Part shown: in pieces, positions 1-8,878 of the stretch
Layout of the letters: each line of letters starts with the position of its first letter
Position numbering within the stretch: the stretch's first letter is position 1
Assembly: GCA_040755495.1 (NCBI GenBank)
Contig: JBFMAT010000001.1
Location: forward strand, 101,009-165,008
DNA from: Chloroflexota bacterium
GTDB taxonomy: Bacteria > Chloroflexota > Limnocylindria > Limnocylindrales > CSP1-4
Length of the DNA: 64,000 nucleotides
Direction: 5' to 3'
The notes under the pieces: generated by a model
The model's database searches: none
What the model was told of the DNA's origin: nothing
The model's input: only the letters and a program-made list of their open reading frames with translations
Position numbers and translations under genes: made by a program

Positions 1-817
1 CCGCGTCCAGCAGCCGGGGCACGATCGAGCCGAAGTACTCGGGGCCCGCGGCGTAGATGAAGCGGCCCTCCATGCGCTGCGGGAGGCCGGCGTTGGGCAT
101 GATCGAGCGGGCCGGCTCGCCCGGGCCGGCCGGCCCGATGCGCTCCAGCGCGTCCAGGCACGCCAGCGGCCCCACCCCGCAGTTGACGCCGATCGCGTCC
201 ACCCCCGCCGCCGTCAGGGCGGCCACCGCGGCGGCCGGCGTCGTGCCGTCCGCGAGCACCAGGTCCTCGCCGAAGGTCATCGACGCGATCACCGGCACGT
301 CGGCGGCCTTGCGCGCCTCCTCGACGGCCAGCAGCAGGTGCCGGAGGTCGAAGAAGGTCTCGATCACCAGCAGGTCCACGCCGCCCTCCAGCAGGCCGTC
401 GACCTGCTCGCGGAAGGTGGCCCGGATCGTTGCGTCGTCGGGGTGGGTGAGCTCCCGCGTCGGCGGCCCGAGCGGCCCGATGCTGCCCCCGACCCAGGCG
501 TCGCGCCCGTGGACGTCGCGGGCCTCGCGGGCGACCTGCGCCGCGCGGCGGTTGAGGCGGCCGGCCTCGCGCGCCAGGCCGAAGGCCTCGAGGCGGTGGC
601 GGTTGGCGCCGAAGGTGAGCGTCTCGACCAGGTCCGCGCCCGCCTCGAGGTACTCGCGGTGGATCGTGGCGACGAGGTCCGGGCGGGTCGCGGCGAGCTC
701 GTCCAGGCAGGCGCGCTGCGGGATGCCGCGCGAGAACAGGAGCGTGCCCATGCCGCCGTCGGCGAGCAGGGGGCCGGCGGCGAGTCGGGCGGCGAAGCGA
801 TCGCGGGGCAGGCTCAT
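1..817 (-). CDS. Homocysteine S-methyltransferase domain protein, N-terminal part (MetH-like or bifunctional Hcy-methyltransferase/MTHFR); 3' end runs off the left edge
   Basis: Not in the ORF track because the window edge truncates it. Reverse-complement reading from ATG (cat at 815-817) gives MSLPRDRFAARLAAGPLLADGGMGTLLFSRGI..., with GVNCG and IMPNAGLP motifs later, typical of the S-methyltransferase domain. The overlapping + ORFs 57..833 and 338..934 are Arg/Ala/Ser-rich antisense artefacts. Confidence 0.7.
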   Translation of the reverse strand, partial: MSLPRDRFAARLAAGPLLADGGMGTLLFSRGIPQRACLDELAATRPDLVATIHREYLEAGADLVETLTFGANRHRLEAFGLAREAGRLNRRAAQVAREARDVHGRDAWVGGSIGPLGPPTRELTHPDDATIRATFREQVDGLLEGGVDLLVIETFFDLRHLLLAVEEARKAADVPVIASMTFGEDLVLADGTTPAAAVAALTAAGVDAIGVNCGVGPLACLDALERIGPAGPGEPARSIMPNAGLPQRMEGRFIYAAGPEYFGSIVPRLLDA

Positions 818-930
818 CAGGTGCGAAGGGTAGCCGGTCGGGTCGCCGGCGGGCGATGTTCATGGCGTTGGACTCTGGCGCACGTCCTCGGGCCGGCCCA
901 CGCTTCGGCGCGAACACCGGAGGTGCTTCG

Positions 931-1425
931 ATGACGCTGGGTGCCTGGCGGCAGTGGGGCTCACCGCCCACCACCGCCCAGATGGCGATCGGGATCTCGG
1001 ACGCGCGGCGGCCGATGTGGCTTGCGCTGACGCGCTGGCTGTGGGAGACGTACGGTCTCGAGGGCGAGCTCACCTGGACCGACGAGGACGAGGGCTGGGT
1101 CCTCCGCTACCGGCGCAACGGCCGGGCGCTCACGACGCTGATGCCGGGGGCGAGCGGCGGGTTCGGGGCGCTGGTGGTCGTGGGTCCCTCGATCCTCGAG
1201 GCGGCGCTCGCCGCGCGGCTGTCGGAGACGACGCGCGAGACGCTCGAGTTCGCGAAGCCCTACGCCGACGGACGCTGGCTGTGGCTCAAGGTCACGGAGC
1301 CCCCCGTCGTGGAGGACATCGAGACCCTGATCCGGCTCAAGTCGCCGCCGCCCCGGCGGCCCCGTCGGGGTGTCGTCGATGCGGCCGCCAAGGAGCGAGA
1401 CCGGGAGCTCGCCTCGACCGGCTGA
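931..1425 (+). CDS. DUF3788 domain-containing protein
   Basis: Inner part of ORF 856..1425. The ATG at 931 is preceded by GGAGG with a 7-nt spacer. The pattern W-x-LRYR..G..L...Y-x-DGRWLWLKV...DIETLIRLK matches my recollection of DUF3788. Confidence 0.6.
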   Translation: MTLGAWRQWGSPPTTAQMAIGISDARRPMWLALTRWLWETYGLEGELTWTDEDEGWVLRYRRNGRALTTLMPGASGGFGALVVVGPSILEAALAARLSETTRETLEFAKPYADGRWLWLKVTEPPVVEDIETLIRLKSPPPRRPRRGVVDAAAKERDRELASTG

Positions 1426-1465
1426 GGCGGCGGCGGGTCCGGCGGGGCGGGCTTCGCGGGGCGGG

Positions 1466-1507
1466 TCTCGCGCGGCGGTTCTCGCGCGGCGGTTCTCGCG
1501 CGGCGGC
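1466..1507. repeat. Tandem repeat, 14-nt unit TCTCGCGCGGCGGT x3
   Basis: Read directly: units at 1466-1479, 1480-1493 and 1494-1507 (last base differs). Lies just 3' of the DUF3788 stop codon. Confidence 0.8.
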
Positions 1508-1606
1508 CGGGCCTGCGTCGGCTGAGGCCATCGATCACTGCCTGCGGTCCCGGCCCGGGTCATTCGCTGCCGCACCTCCGGCTTCGGCCGGGCGCCAGGG
1601 GTCGCC

Positions 1607-1754
1607 GCCTGCTGGACAGGCGTCCCGATGAAGGTCCCATCCTCGCGCCTGCTCAACAGGCAGATACGTGGAGATGGCGTCCGTGTTTCTCGGTCCTGCC
1701 TGCTGGACAGGCGGGATTCGGTGGCTGCTTCATCCGTAGGCCTGCTGGGCAGGC
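1607..1754. repeat. Four-hairpin intergenic element, copy A
   Basis: Hairpins GCCTGCTGGACAGGC (1607-1621), GCCTGCTCAACAGGC (1647-1661), GCCTGCTGGACAGGC (1698-1712) and GCCTGCTGGGCAGGC (1740-1754). Centre spacing is 40/51/42 nt. The spacers carry complementary GATGAAG / CTTCATC. Confidence 0.65.
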
Positions 1755-1942
1755 AACGCCGGAGCGGCACCGCGCCAGGCCCCGCGCCAGGCTGCCCCGC
1801 GCCGGGCGACACGAGGCGGGCGGCACGCGCCGGGGCGGTCCGCGCGACGGTCGAGCGGCCGGGACCTGCACCCGCGAGCGGCCAGACGGTCCTGCCGGAT
1901 GTCCCTTGACCAGGCGACCGGGCATCACGGACGCTGGCACGG

Positions 1943-2479
1943 ATGCGGGCATCGGCAGTCTCGGTCGCGCTGCTCATGCTGGTCCTCGGGGCTTGTGCCG
2001 CGAAGGTGCCGATCGACGCCTCCGGTGGGGCGATCGTGCCGTCGGTCGTGGGCTCGCCGTCGGTTGTTCCCACGTCCTCGGGGCACGCCTCGCCGTCAGC
2101 GGCGCCGTCCACGTCCTGTCCCGGCAGGTCCTGGCCGCCCTACCGGCTCGGCAGCATCCCCGGCCTCGCGGCGTCCTCGAGGGACCGCGCGACCATCGAG
2201 ATCACCAACCGCACCGATCGGACCTACTACTACCGGGTCGCGGGCTGGCAGCCTGACCAGTTCGAGACGTGTCGCGCCCTCGGCGAGGAGGCAGTCGAGG
2301 AGGGACCGATCGCGGCCGGGTCCACGATGCGGGTGATGATCGGCGCGTTCGCGGACCGGCTGGAGGTGCCCATCACCGTCGCCTTCTGGACCGAGCCGTG
2401 CCGCGAAGGATGCCAGCGCGACGCCCCGATCGCGGCGATGGTGGTCGCCAGGTCGCCGCTCGAGCCGGCCGCGTCGTGA
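1943..2479 (+). CDS. Putative lipoprotein, unknown function
   Basis: ORF 1943..2479. The N-terminus MRASAVSVALLMLVLGAC has a hydrophobic core plus an L-G-A-C lipobox. The mature part has normal composition (ITNRTDRTYYYRVAGWQPDQFETCR). Confidence 0.55.
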   Translation: MRASAVSVALLMLVLGACAAKVPIDASGGAIVPSVVGSPSVVPTSSGHASPSAAPSTSCPGRSWPPYRLGSIPGLAASSRDRATIEITNRTDRTYYYRVAGWQPDQFETCRALGEEAVEEGPIAAGSTMRVMIGAFADRLEVPITVAFWTEPCREGCQRDAPIAAMVVARSPLEPAAS

Positions 2480-2537
2480 CACCGGCGCGCGCCGGGCGGC
2501 CCGGCGATGGCGCTCGAATCGCGCCCCGGACCGGCTC

Positions 2538-3920
2538 TCAGCCCCCGCCCCGCCGCCGGCCGAGGACCAGCGAGCCGTCCCGTTCCAGCAGCACCTGCGG
2601 GGGACGGGGCCGGCCGTTGTAGGTCATCGCCATCGAGGCCGCGTAGGCACCGGCGTCCGCGATCGCGACCAGGTCACCGCGCCGGAGCGGGGGCAGGTCG
2701 TGGTGGTCGAAGGTGTCCGTGGACTCGCACACCGGGCCGTCCACGCGTGCCGGCGTGAGATCGGCCCTGAGCGCCGGCTTACCGGGCACCGGGAGCTCGC
2801 GCGGCCGCCCGAGCGACGTCAGCGCCGCGACCCGGTGCCGCGCCCCGTACAGGGCGGGCCGGATCAGCTCGGTCATGCCCGTGTCCAGGACGATGACCCG
2901 TTCGGCGCCCGCCCGCTCGCGCACGTGGAGCACGGCACCGACCAGCCAGCCGGCACGCGCCACGAGGAACCGGCCCGGCTCCACGGCCAGCCGCGCGGGC
3001 CGCCGGTCCGCCGGCAGCGCATCGAGCAGCGCGGGCAGCTCGCGCGCGAACCGGGCGGGGGAGGGGACCGTCCCCGGCTCGCCGACCGGGAACCCGCCGC
3101 CGACGTCGAAGGTGTCGAACCCCTCGCGCCCGGCCCCGATCAGGGCGAGCAGCGCCAGCCCGCGGCGGACGGCGTCGCGCCACGCATCGACCGCGCCCAG
3201 CTGCGACCCGACGTGGAGGTGGATGCCCCGGAGGCGGATCGACCCGTCCAGGTTCGGGCCCGCCGTCGAGGCCGCCACCGCCGTCAGCTCGGTCTCGGTC
3301 ATGCCGAACTTCGAGCTCCCGCGGCCGACCGCCAGGCCCGCCTGCGTCTCGGGCATGACGTCCGGGTTGAGCCGGAGCAGGACGTCGAGCGGCGGTCGCC
3401 CGCCGGCTCCACCCCCGGAAGCGGCCCCCAGCCCAGCCCGCCGCGCGAGGGCGGCCAGCGACGCCAGCTCCTCCGCGCTCTCCACGGCCACCCAGCGGGG
3501 CGGGTGTCCCTCCGCCGCCGCCCGCACCGCCGCCCGCAGGTCCGCCGTCGTCTTGCCGATCCCCTCGAGCGTCACCCGGTCGTCGGGGATGCCCGCCCGC
3601 CGGGCCGCGGCCCACTCCCCGGCGGACACCACGTTCGCGCCCAGCCCCAGCGCCCCCAGCCGCGCGACGATCGCCGGCACGTCGTTCGCCTTGAGCGAGA
3701 ACGCGCGCAGCCAGGGATCCGGGAACGCCTCGCGCAGCTCCGCGGCGGCATCCTCGAGCGCCGCCACGGAGGTCACGTAGGCGGGGGTCCCGAACCGCCG
3801 CGCCGCCTCGCGCAGGGACGCGGCGAGCGATCCGGTGGGCGACGCGGACGACGGGCCAGCCAGCGACCCGGCCCGCGACGCTGAGCCAGACGCGTCCGAC
3901 GGCGCGCCGCCGCCGGTCAT
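2538..3920 (-). CDS. lysA: Diaminopimelate decarboxylase (PLP-dependent, group IV decarboxylase)
   Basis: ORF 2538..3920. Contains FGTPAYV...FSLKANDVPAIV (PLP Lys), ...GIHLHVGSQ..., ...FDVGGGFP..., ...CESTD...AGAYAASMAMTYNGRPRP. The exact start is uncertain because the N-terminus is low-complexity. Confidence 0.85.
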   Translation of the reverse strand: MTGGGAPSDASGSASRAGSLAGPSSASPTGSLAASLREAARRFGTPAYVTSVAALEDAAAELREAFPDPWLRAFSLKANDVPAIVARLGALGLGANVVSAGEWAAARRAGIPDDRVTLEGIGKTTADLRAAVRAAAEGHPPRWVAVESAEELASLAALARRAGLGAASGGGAGGRPPLDVLLRLNPDVMPETQAGLAVGRGSSKFGMTETELTAVAASTAGPNLDGSIRLRGIHLHVGSQLGAVDAWRDAVRRGLALLALIGAGREGFDTFDVGGGFPVGEPGTVPSPARFARELPALLDALPADRRPARLAVEPGRFLVARAGWLVGAVLHVRERAGAERVIVLDTGMTELIRPALYGARHRVAALTSLGRPRELPVPGKPALRADLTPARVDGPVCESTDTFDHHDLPPLRRGDLVAIADAGAYAASMAMTYNGRPRPPQVLLERDGSLVLGRRRGGG

Positions 3921-3924
3921 CGGG

Positions 3925-4320
3925 TCAGTCGTGGACGACGAGCCCGACGATCGTCGAGATCACGCTCAGCACGACCGAGGCGACCACCGCCGCCACGAGC
4001 GTGTCCGCCGTGATCCCCGACGCCGGGAACCCGCCGACCGTGAACGGGATGTCGGCGAACTCCCGGGCGGCATACGCAGTGAGCAGCAGCAGCCCGGCGT
4101 TGATCACGAACCCGATCAGCCCGAGGGTCATCATCGAGATCGGGAACGACAGGAGCTTGACGACCGGCTTGATGAACGCGTTGACGAGCCCGAACACGAT
4201 GGCCAGGCCGACCAGCGCCGCGGCATCGCCCTTGAACGACACCATCGAGGCGGGCAGCACGTTGACCAGGATGGCGAAGGCGATCGCGGTGGCGGCGATG
4301 CCGATGACGATTCCCTTCAC
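3925..4320 (-). CDS. DUF360 / phage-holin_4_2 family membrane protein
   Basis: C-terminal 131 codons of artefactual ORF 3925..5964. The GTG at 4320 overlaps the upstream stop (GTGA, 4317-4320). Three to four hydrophobic helices are present (VKGIVIGIAATAIAFAILVNVLP...GLIGFVINAGLLLLTAY). Confidence 0.6.
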   Translation of the reverse strand: MKGIVIGIAATAIAFAILVNVLPASMVSFKGDAAALVGLAIVFGLVNAFIKPVVKLLSFPISMMTLGLIGFVINAGLLLLTAYAAREFADIPFTVGGFPASGITADTLVAAVVASVVLSVISTIVGLVVHD

Positions 4321-6008
4321 GAGCGATCCTCCGCGCGATGGACGACGGCCCCGCCGAGCACGGTGAGCCGGACGCCGGTGCCGATGATGGCAGATGGACC
4401 GGCCGCGAGCAGGTCCCGATCGAGCACCACGAGGTCCGCGTCCATGCCCGGGGCCAGGCGGCCGCGGCGGTGCTCGGCGAACGCGGCGTACGCGGAGCCC
4501 GCCGTGTACGCCTCGAGCGCGTGCTCCACCGTGAGTCGCTCGTCCGGCAGCCAGCCGCCCGGTGGCTCGCCGTCGACCGTCTGCCGGTTGACCGCGTTGT
4601 TGAGCGCGGTGAACGGGTCGAACGGCACCACCGGCCAGTCGGAGCCGAACGCGAGCACGCCGCCGGCCTCGCGGATCGAGCGCCAGGCCCAGGCCCGGCT
4701 CGCCCGGTCCGGCCCGATGTTCCCGGCCCACACGTCGATCTGGTTGGGCGACGGGTCGCCGTGGTAGGGCTGCATCGACGCGACCACGCCCTGCCGCCCG
4801 AACCGCCCGATGTCCGCCGGGTCGACGGTCTCGATGTGCTCGACGCGGTGGCGCCGCGCATGCATGCCCGCGGTCGCGCCCAGGCCGTGCGGGTCGCCGG
4901 TCCACGGTCCGTTGGCCGCCGCCGCATGCTCGAAGGCGTCCAGCGCCATCCGGACGCCCCGGTCGCCGATCGCGTGCAGCTCCACCTGCCAGCCGCGGCG
5001 GTCGGCCTCGGCCACGAAGGCGTCGAGCTCGTCCGGCTCCCAGGCCGGCAGCCCGCGTGAGGTGTCGTCCTCGTAGGGCGCCAGCATCGCCGCCGTCCGC
5101 GCCTCGATCACCCCGTCGACGAAGCCCTTGAGGATCCCGGCATCCAGCCGGTCGCCGCCCCGCAGGTCGAAGGCGGCCGCGGCGTACGCGTCCAACCGGT
5201 CTCGCCACGCCGCGAGCGTCTGCCCCGGCTCCATGATCAGCGCGGCCCGGAGGCGGAGCGGCAGCTCGCCGGCGTCGCGGACCCGCCGCCAGAACGCCAG
5301 CTCCTCGAGGTCCACCCACGCGTCCTGGGCGGCGGTCAGGCCCGTCGCGTGCATGGCGGCCAGCGCCCGGCGGACGGAGGCGCGGTCGTCGGCCTCGCCC
5401 GGGACGGGGATGTGCCGCTCCACGAGCGCCTGGGCGTCCTCCTTGAGCACGCCGGTGGGCTCGCCGTCCGCGTCCCGGACGATCACCCCGTTGGGTGGGT
5501 CCGGCGTCTCGCGGTCGATGCCGGCGAGGCGCAGCGCGGCCGTGTTCACCCAGCCGGTATGGCCGTCGTAGCAGCCCATGAACGCGGGCCGGTCCGGCAC
5601 GACGGCGTCGAGCAGCGCCCGCGTCGGCAGGCCGCCCGGGAACGGCGCGTACAGCCAGCCCCGCCCGAGCACCCACGGCCGGTCCGGGTTCGCCGCCGAG
5701 TGCTCGCGGATCGCGGCCTGCACGGCCTCGACCGACTGGAGCGGGTAGAGCTGGGCGTGGTCCATGGCCCGGGCGCCGCCCCGGAGGTGGAGGTGGGCGT
5801 CGTCGAAGCCGGGCAGGACGAGGCCGCCGCGCGCGTCCACGAGCTCCGCCCCGTGCGAGCCCGCCCGCACCTCGCCGTCCGTGCCCAGCTGCGCGATCCG
5901 GCCGTCCACGATCCGGACGGCGGTCGCCCCGGCGGCGCCGACGACGCGTCCGTTGACGATGCACAGCTCGCCGGTCACCGGGAGCTCAGGCAGTGGTGAC
6001 GGCGCCAT
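4317..6008 (-). CDS. Amidohydrolase family protein (Amidohydro_3 type)
   Basis: ORF 4317..6230 trimmed to the ATG at 6008 (MAPSPLPELPVTGELCIVNGRVV...). The LPGFDDAHLHL metal-binding motif is near the N-terminus, with HAIGD and FGSDWPV motifs later. Confidence 0.8.
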   Translation of the reverse strand: MAPSPLPELPVTGELCIVNGRVVGAAGATAVRIVDGRIAQLGTDGEVRAGSHGAELVDARGGLVLPGFDDAHLHLRGGARAMDHAQLYPLQSVEAVQAAIREHSAANPDRPWVLGRGWLYAPFPGGLPTRALLDAVVPDRPAFMGCYDGHTGWVNTAALRLAGIDRETPDPPNGVIVRDADGEPTGVLKEDAQALVERHIPVPGEADDRASVRRALAAMHATGLTAAQDAWVDLEELAFWRRVRDAGELPLRLRAALIMEPGQTLAAWRDRLDAYAAAAFDLRGGDRLDAGILKGFVDGVIEARTAAMLAPYEDDTSRGLPAWEPDELDAFVAEADRRGWQVELHAIGDRGVRMALDAFEHAAAANGPWTGDPHGLGATAGMHARRHRVEHIETVDPADIGRFGRQGVVASMQPYHGDPSPNQIDVWAGNIGPDRASRAWAWRSIREAGGVLAFGSDWPVVPFDPFTALNNAVNRQTVDGEPPGGWLPDERLTVEHALEAYTAGSAYAAFAEHRRGRLAPGMDADLVVLDRDLLAAGPSAIIGTGVRLTVLGGAVVHRAEDRS

Positions 6009-6534
6009 GCCACGGGCGCGGGTCGGTGCGCAGCAAGGAGTAGAGCAGCACGTCCTGGTTGCGGCCGTCGTTGAAGAACGCCCCGCGTGCCGTGCCCTCC
6101 TCGACGAAGCCGCACTTCTCCGCGACACGCCGCGAGGCCGCGTTCCCGGGGACGATGACGAGCTGGAGGCGATGCTGCTTCTTCGTCGCGAACAGGTAGT
6201 CGACCGTGAGCTGCACGGCTTCGGTGACATAGCCGCGGCCGGCGAACCCGTCCTCGTACACCTGGTAGGCGAGCTCGAGCGCGTCCCAGTACGGGACCGG
6301 CTTGAAGAACTCGACGTGGCCGGCGATCTCGTCGGCGGGCGTCACGATCAGCAGCGTGCCCGCTTCCTTCGTCCAGAAGCCGTCCTCGGCGAACTGCCGC
6401 CGGAACGCGGACTCCGACTGCACGCCCATGGGGTAGAAGGCGCCCCGGTTCCGGATGTCGACATGCGCGGCGTAGAGGGCGTCGAGATCGGCTTCGCGCG
6501 CGGGTCGCAGCCGGATGCGTTCGCCGTTCAGCAT
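5986..6534 (-). CDS. GNAT family N-acetyltransferase (RimJ/RimL-like)
   Basis: ORF 5986..6663 trimmed to the ATG at 6534 (MLNGERIRLRPAREADLDALY...). Contains YVTEAVQLTVDYLF...LQLVIVPGNAASRRVAEKCGF. Its 3' end overlaps the amidohydrolase start by 23 nt. Confidence 0.8.
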   Translation of the reverse strand: MLNGERIRLRPAREADLDALYAAHVDIRNRGAFYPMGVQSESAFRRQFAEDGFWTKEAGTLLIVTPADEIAGHVEFFKPVPYWDALELAYQVYEDGFAGRGYVTEAVQLTVDYLFATKKQHRLQLVIVPGNAASRRVAEKCGFVEEGTARGAFFNDGRNQDVLLYSLLRTDPRPWHGAVTTA

Positions 6535-6680
6535 CGGTCCCACCTCCTGTCGTGCACCGTGCCCGAACCCGGACCGATCGTCAAGGACGAGCAGCGTGCC
6601 GCCGCGCTCACGAGCCCCGGAGACGCCCTCCTGCGCTACGCTCGGCGCACCCGACGCCGACACCCAACCCGGAGGTTCTC

Positions 6681-8441
6681 GTGTCCGCCTTCCCCGACCT
6701 CGTCGCGCAGTTCCTCGACGAGCTGTTCGTCCTCCAGCCGGACCTCGCCACGGCCGTCGGCGACCACCGCTACGACGACCGCTGGCCGGACACGAGCGAG
6801 GCCGGCCGGCAGGCGCGGCTGGCGTTCATCGACCGCTGGATGGGGACCTTCGGCGATCTCGACCTGGCCGCGCTGACCCCGGACGAGCGGGTGGACCGGG
6901 ACCTCGTGCTGGGCGAGCTGGCCGCGTTCCGGTTCGGCGAGTCGGAGCTCCGCGAGGACACCTGGGACCCGCTCGGCTGGGTGTACCTGATGGGCTTCTC
7001 GCTGCACCCGCTGCTGGCGCGGGAGTTCGCGCCGCTCCACGTGCGGCTGGCGTCCGTCGCCGGGCGGCTGGAGGGGATCCCGCGCCTCATCGACGACGCC
7101 CGGGCGGTGCTGGGCAGCAACCCGGCCCGGCCGGTGTCCAGGCTCCACGCGGAGATCGCGGCCCAGCGCGTGGGCGGCGTGGCCGGGCTGGCGCGCGAGG
7201 CCGTCGCGCTCGCCGAGGCGGCCGCGCCCGCCGAGGCCGCGGTCGCCGCCCTGCTGCCGCGCCTGCGGGCCGCCGCGGACCGCGCCGCCGAGGCCCTGAC
7301 CGCGATCGGCGAGCACCTGGCGACAGAGGTAGCCCCCAGCGCGACGGGCACGCCGATCCTGGGCCGCGAGCTGTTCGCCGCCAAGCTCCGCCACACGCTC
7401 CGCGACCCCGAGGTGATCCCGGAGGGCATCCTCGCCCGCGCCGAGGCGGAGTACGCCGCGGTCCGCGCCGAGATGGTCCGCATCGCGCGCGAGATCTGGC
7501 CCCGGTGGCGGCCCGGCGAGCCGGCGCCCGACGACGAGGGCGCGCTGGTGCGCGGCACGCTCGATGCCATCACCGCGGAGCACCCCACGGCCGACGGCCT
7601 GGTCGAGTTCTGCCGCCGCGAGCTGGCGGACATCGAGGCCCACTGCCGGGACCGCGGCGTCATCGGGCTCGTGGACGAGCCGCTCGAGATCGACTGGACC
7701 CCGGAGTTCATGCGCTCGTTCGCGGGCGCGATGCTGGACTCGCCGGGACCGCTCGACGTCGGCCAGAAGACGTTCTTCTCGGTGACCCCGGTCCGCCCGC
7801 AGTGGGACGCGGATGAGGTCGAGTCCTATCTGCGGGAGATGAACGCGCGGCAGCTGCGGCTGCTCACGATCCACGAGGCGGTGCCCGGCCACTACCTCCA
7901 GATGGCGTACGCGAACCGCGGCTCGTCGCTGGCCCGGCGCGTGTTCCGGTCCGGGCTGTTCGCGGAGGGCTGGGCGGTCTACGTCACGCAGGTGATGCTG
8001 GACCGCGGCTACGGCGGCGACGACCCCGCCCTGTGGCTCGTCCACTGGAAGTTCTACCTGCGGGCGGTCGTCAACACGATCCTCGACGTCCGGATCCACA
8101 CGCTGGGCATGACGTCCGAGGAGGCGATCGCGCTGATGGTCGACGGCGCGTTCCAGGAGCGCTCCGAGGCCGTGGCCAAGGACGAGCGCGCGCGCCTGTC
8201 GTCCACCCAGCTCGTGACGTACTTCCTGGGCTCGCTCGGGATGTGGGACATCGAGCACGAGGCGCGACGGCGGGCGGCCGTGGCGGCGGGGGCGTCGGCG
8301 GATGCCGTGCCCGCGCCACGGGTGGTCGGCGGCTACCCGGCCACGCCCGGCTTCGACGAGCGCGCCCACCTCGAGGCGGTGATCGCCCACGGCGCCCCGC
8401 CGATCCCGCTCCTGCGCCGGATCCTGCTCGGGGACGTGTAG
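6681..8441 (+). CDS. DUF885 domain-containing protein (metallopeptidase-like HExxPGH motif)
   Basis: ORF 6552..8441 trimmed to the GTG at 6681, which is preceded by GGAGG (6671-6675). Contains the HEAVPGHYLQ motif. Confidence 0.8.
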   Translation: MSAFPDLVAQFLDELFVLQPDLATAVGDHRYDDRWPDTSEAGRQARLAFIDRWMGTFGDLDLAALTPDERVDRDLVLGELAAFRFGESELREDTWDPLGWVYLMGFSLHPLLAREFAPLHVRLASVAGRLEGIPRLIDDARAVLGSNPARPVSRLHAEIAAQRVGGVAGLAREAVALAEAAAPAEAAVAALLPRLRAAADRAAEALTAIGEHLATEVAPSATGTPILGRELFAAKLRHTLRDPEVIPEGILARAEAEYAAVRAEMVRIAREIWPRWRPGEPAPDDEGALVRGTLDAITAEHPTADGLVEFCRRELADIEAHCRDRGVIGLVDEPLEIDWTPEFMRSFAGAMLDSPGPLDVGQKTFFSVTPVRPQWDADEVESYLREMNARQLRLLTIHEAVPGHYLQMAYANRGSSLARRVFRSGLFAEGWAVYVTQVMLDRGYGGDDPALWLVHWKFYLRAVVNTILDVRIHTLGMTSEEAIALMVDGAFQERSEAVAKDERARLSSTQLVTYFLGSLGMWDIEHEARRRAAVAAGASADAVPAPRVVGGYPATPGFDERAHLEAVIAHGAPPIPLLRRILLGDV

Positions 8442-8575
8442 GGATCGCTCGGGCGAGGTCTTCGCTGGTCAACGCCCGAGCCCGCGGGCGTCGCGTCCGC
8501 GCGCGTTCGCGCGAGGCTCGTCTGGCCGCGGGCGCCGAGCCCGCCGCACCCGCGCCGGCCGTGGCACCAGGCGCG

Positions 8576-8761
8576 GCAGTCAGTGGCTGACTATTCCTGC
8601 GACGACGCGGCGTCATCGGCGCCTGCCGTGCCGCCCGAGCCGCCGGCACCATGGCTCGTTGAGCACGGCTGAGCGTGGCCAGCCCTGTTCGGCCCGCATG
8701 GCGCCGCCTCGACCGGCGCGATGTGGCTCCGTAGTCCCCGGAATAGTCAGCGGCTGACTGC
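8576..8761. repeat. MITE-like 186-bp element bounded by 22-bp terminal inverted repeats
   Basis: The left end GCAGTCAGTGGCTGACTATTCC (8576-8597) matches the reverse complement of the right end GGAATAGTCAGCGGCTGACTGC (8740-8761) at 20 of 22 positions. Each end contains a 6-3-6 hairpin, AGTCAG-YGG-CTGACT. Confidence 0.45.
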
Positions 8762-8842
8762 GTGGGCGCCCGCGCCGCTCGGCCATGTCGATCGGGGGAG
8801 GGGCAGCAACGCCAGGCCAGCGGCAGGCGCGGGGCCCGGGAC

Positions 8843-8872
8843 TTGACAGGCAAGTGGTTACTTGCCTATTGT
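8843..8872 (+). promoter_or_regulatory. Promoter plus operator of the ArsR gene (leaderless)
   Basis: TTGACA (8843-8848), an 18-nt spacer, then TATTGT (8867-8872). The spacer is filled exactly by the perfect inverted repeat GGCAAGT-ggtt-ACTTGCC (8849-8866). The ATG at 8879 lies 7 nt after the -10 box. Confidence 0.6.
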
Positions 8873-8878
8873 CGTGGC

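Noticed and set aside
3925-4320. The 'phage holin family' (DUF360) gene as evidence of a prophage.
   Set aside because: It is a single small membrane gene translationally coupled to an amidohydrolase, with no other phage genes. This family is widespread in chromosomal contexts.
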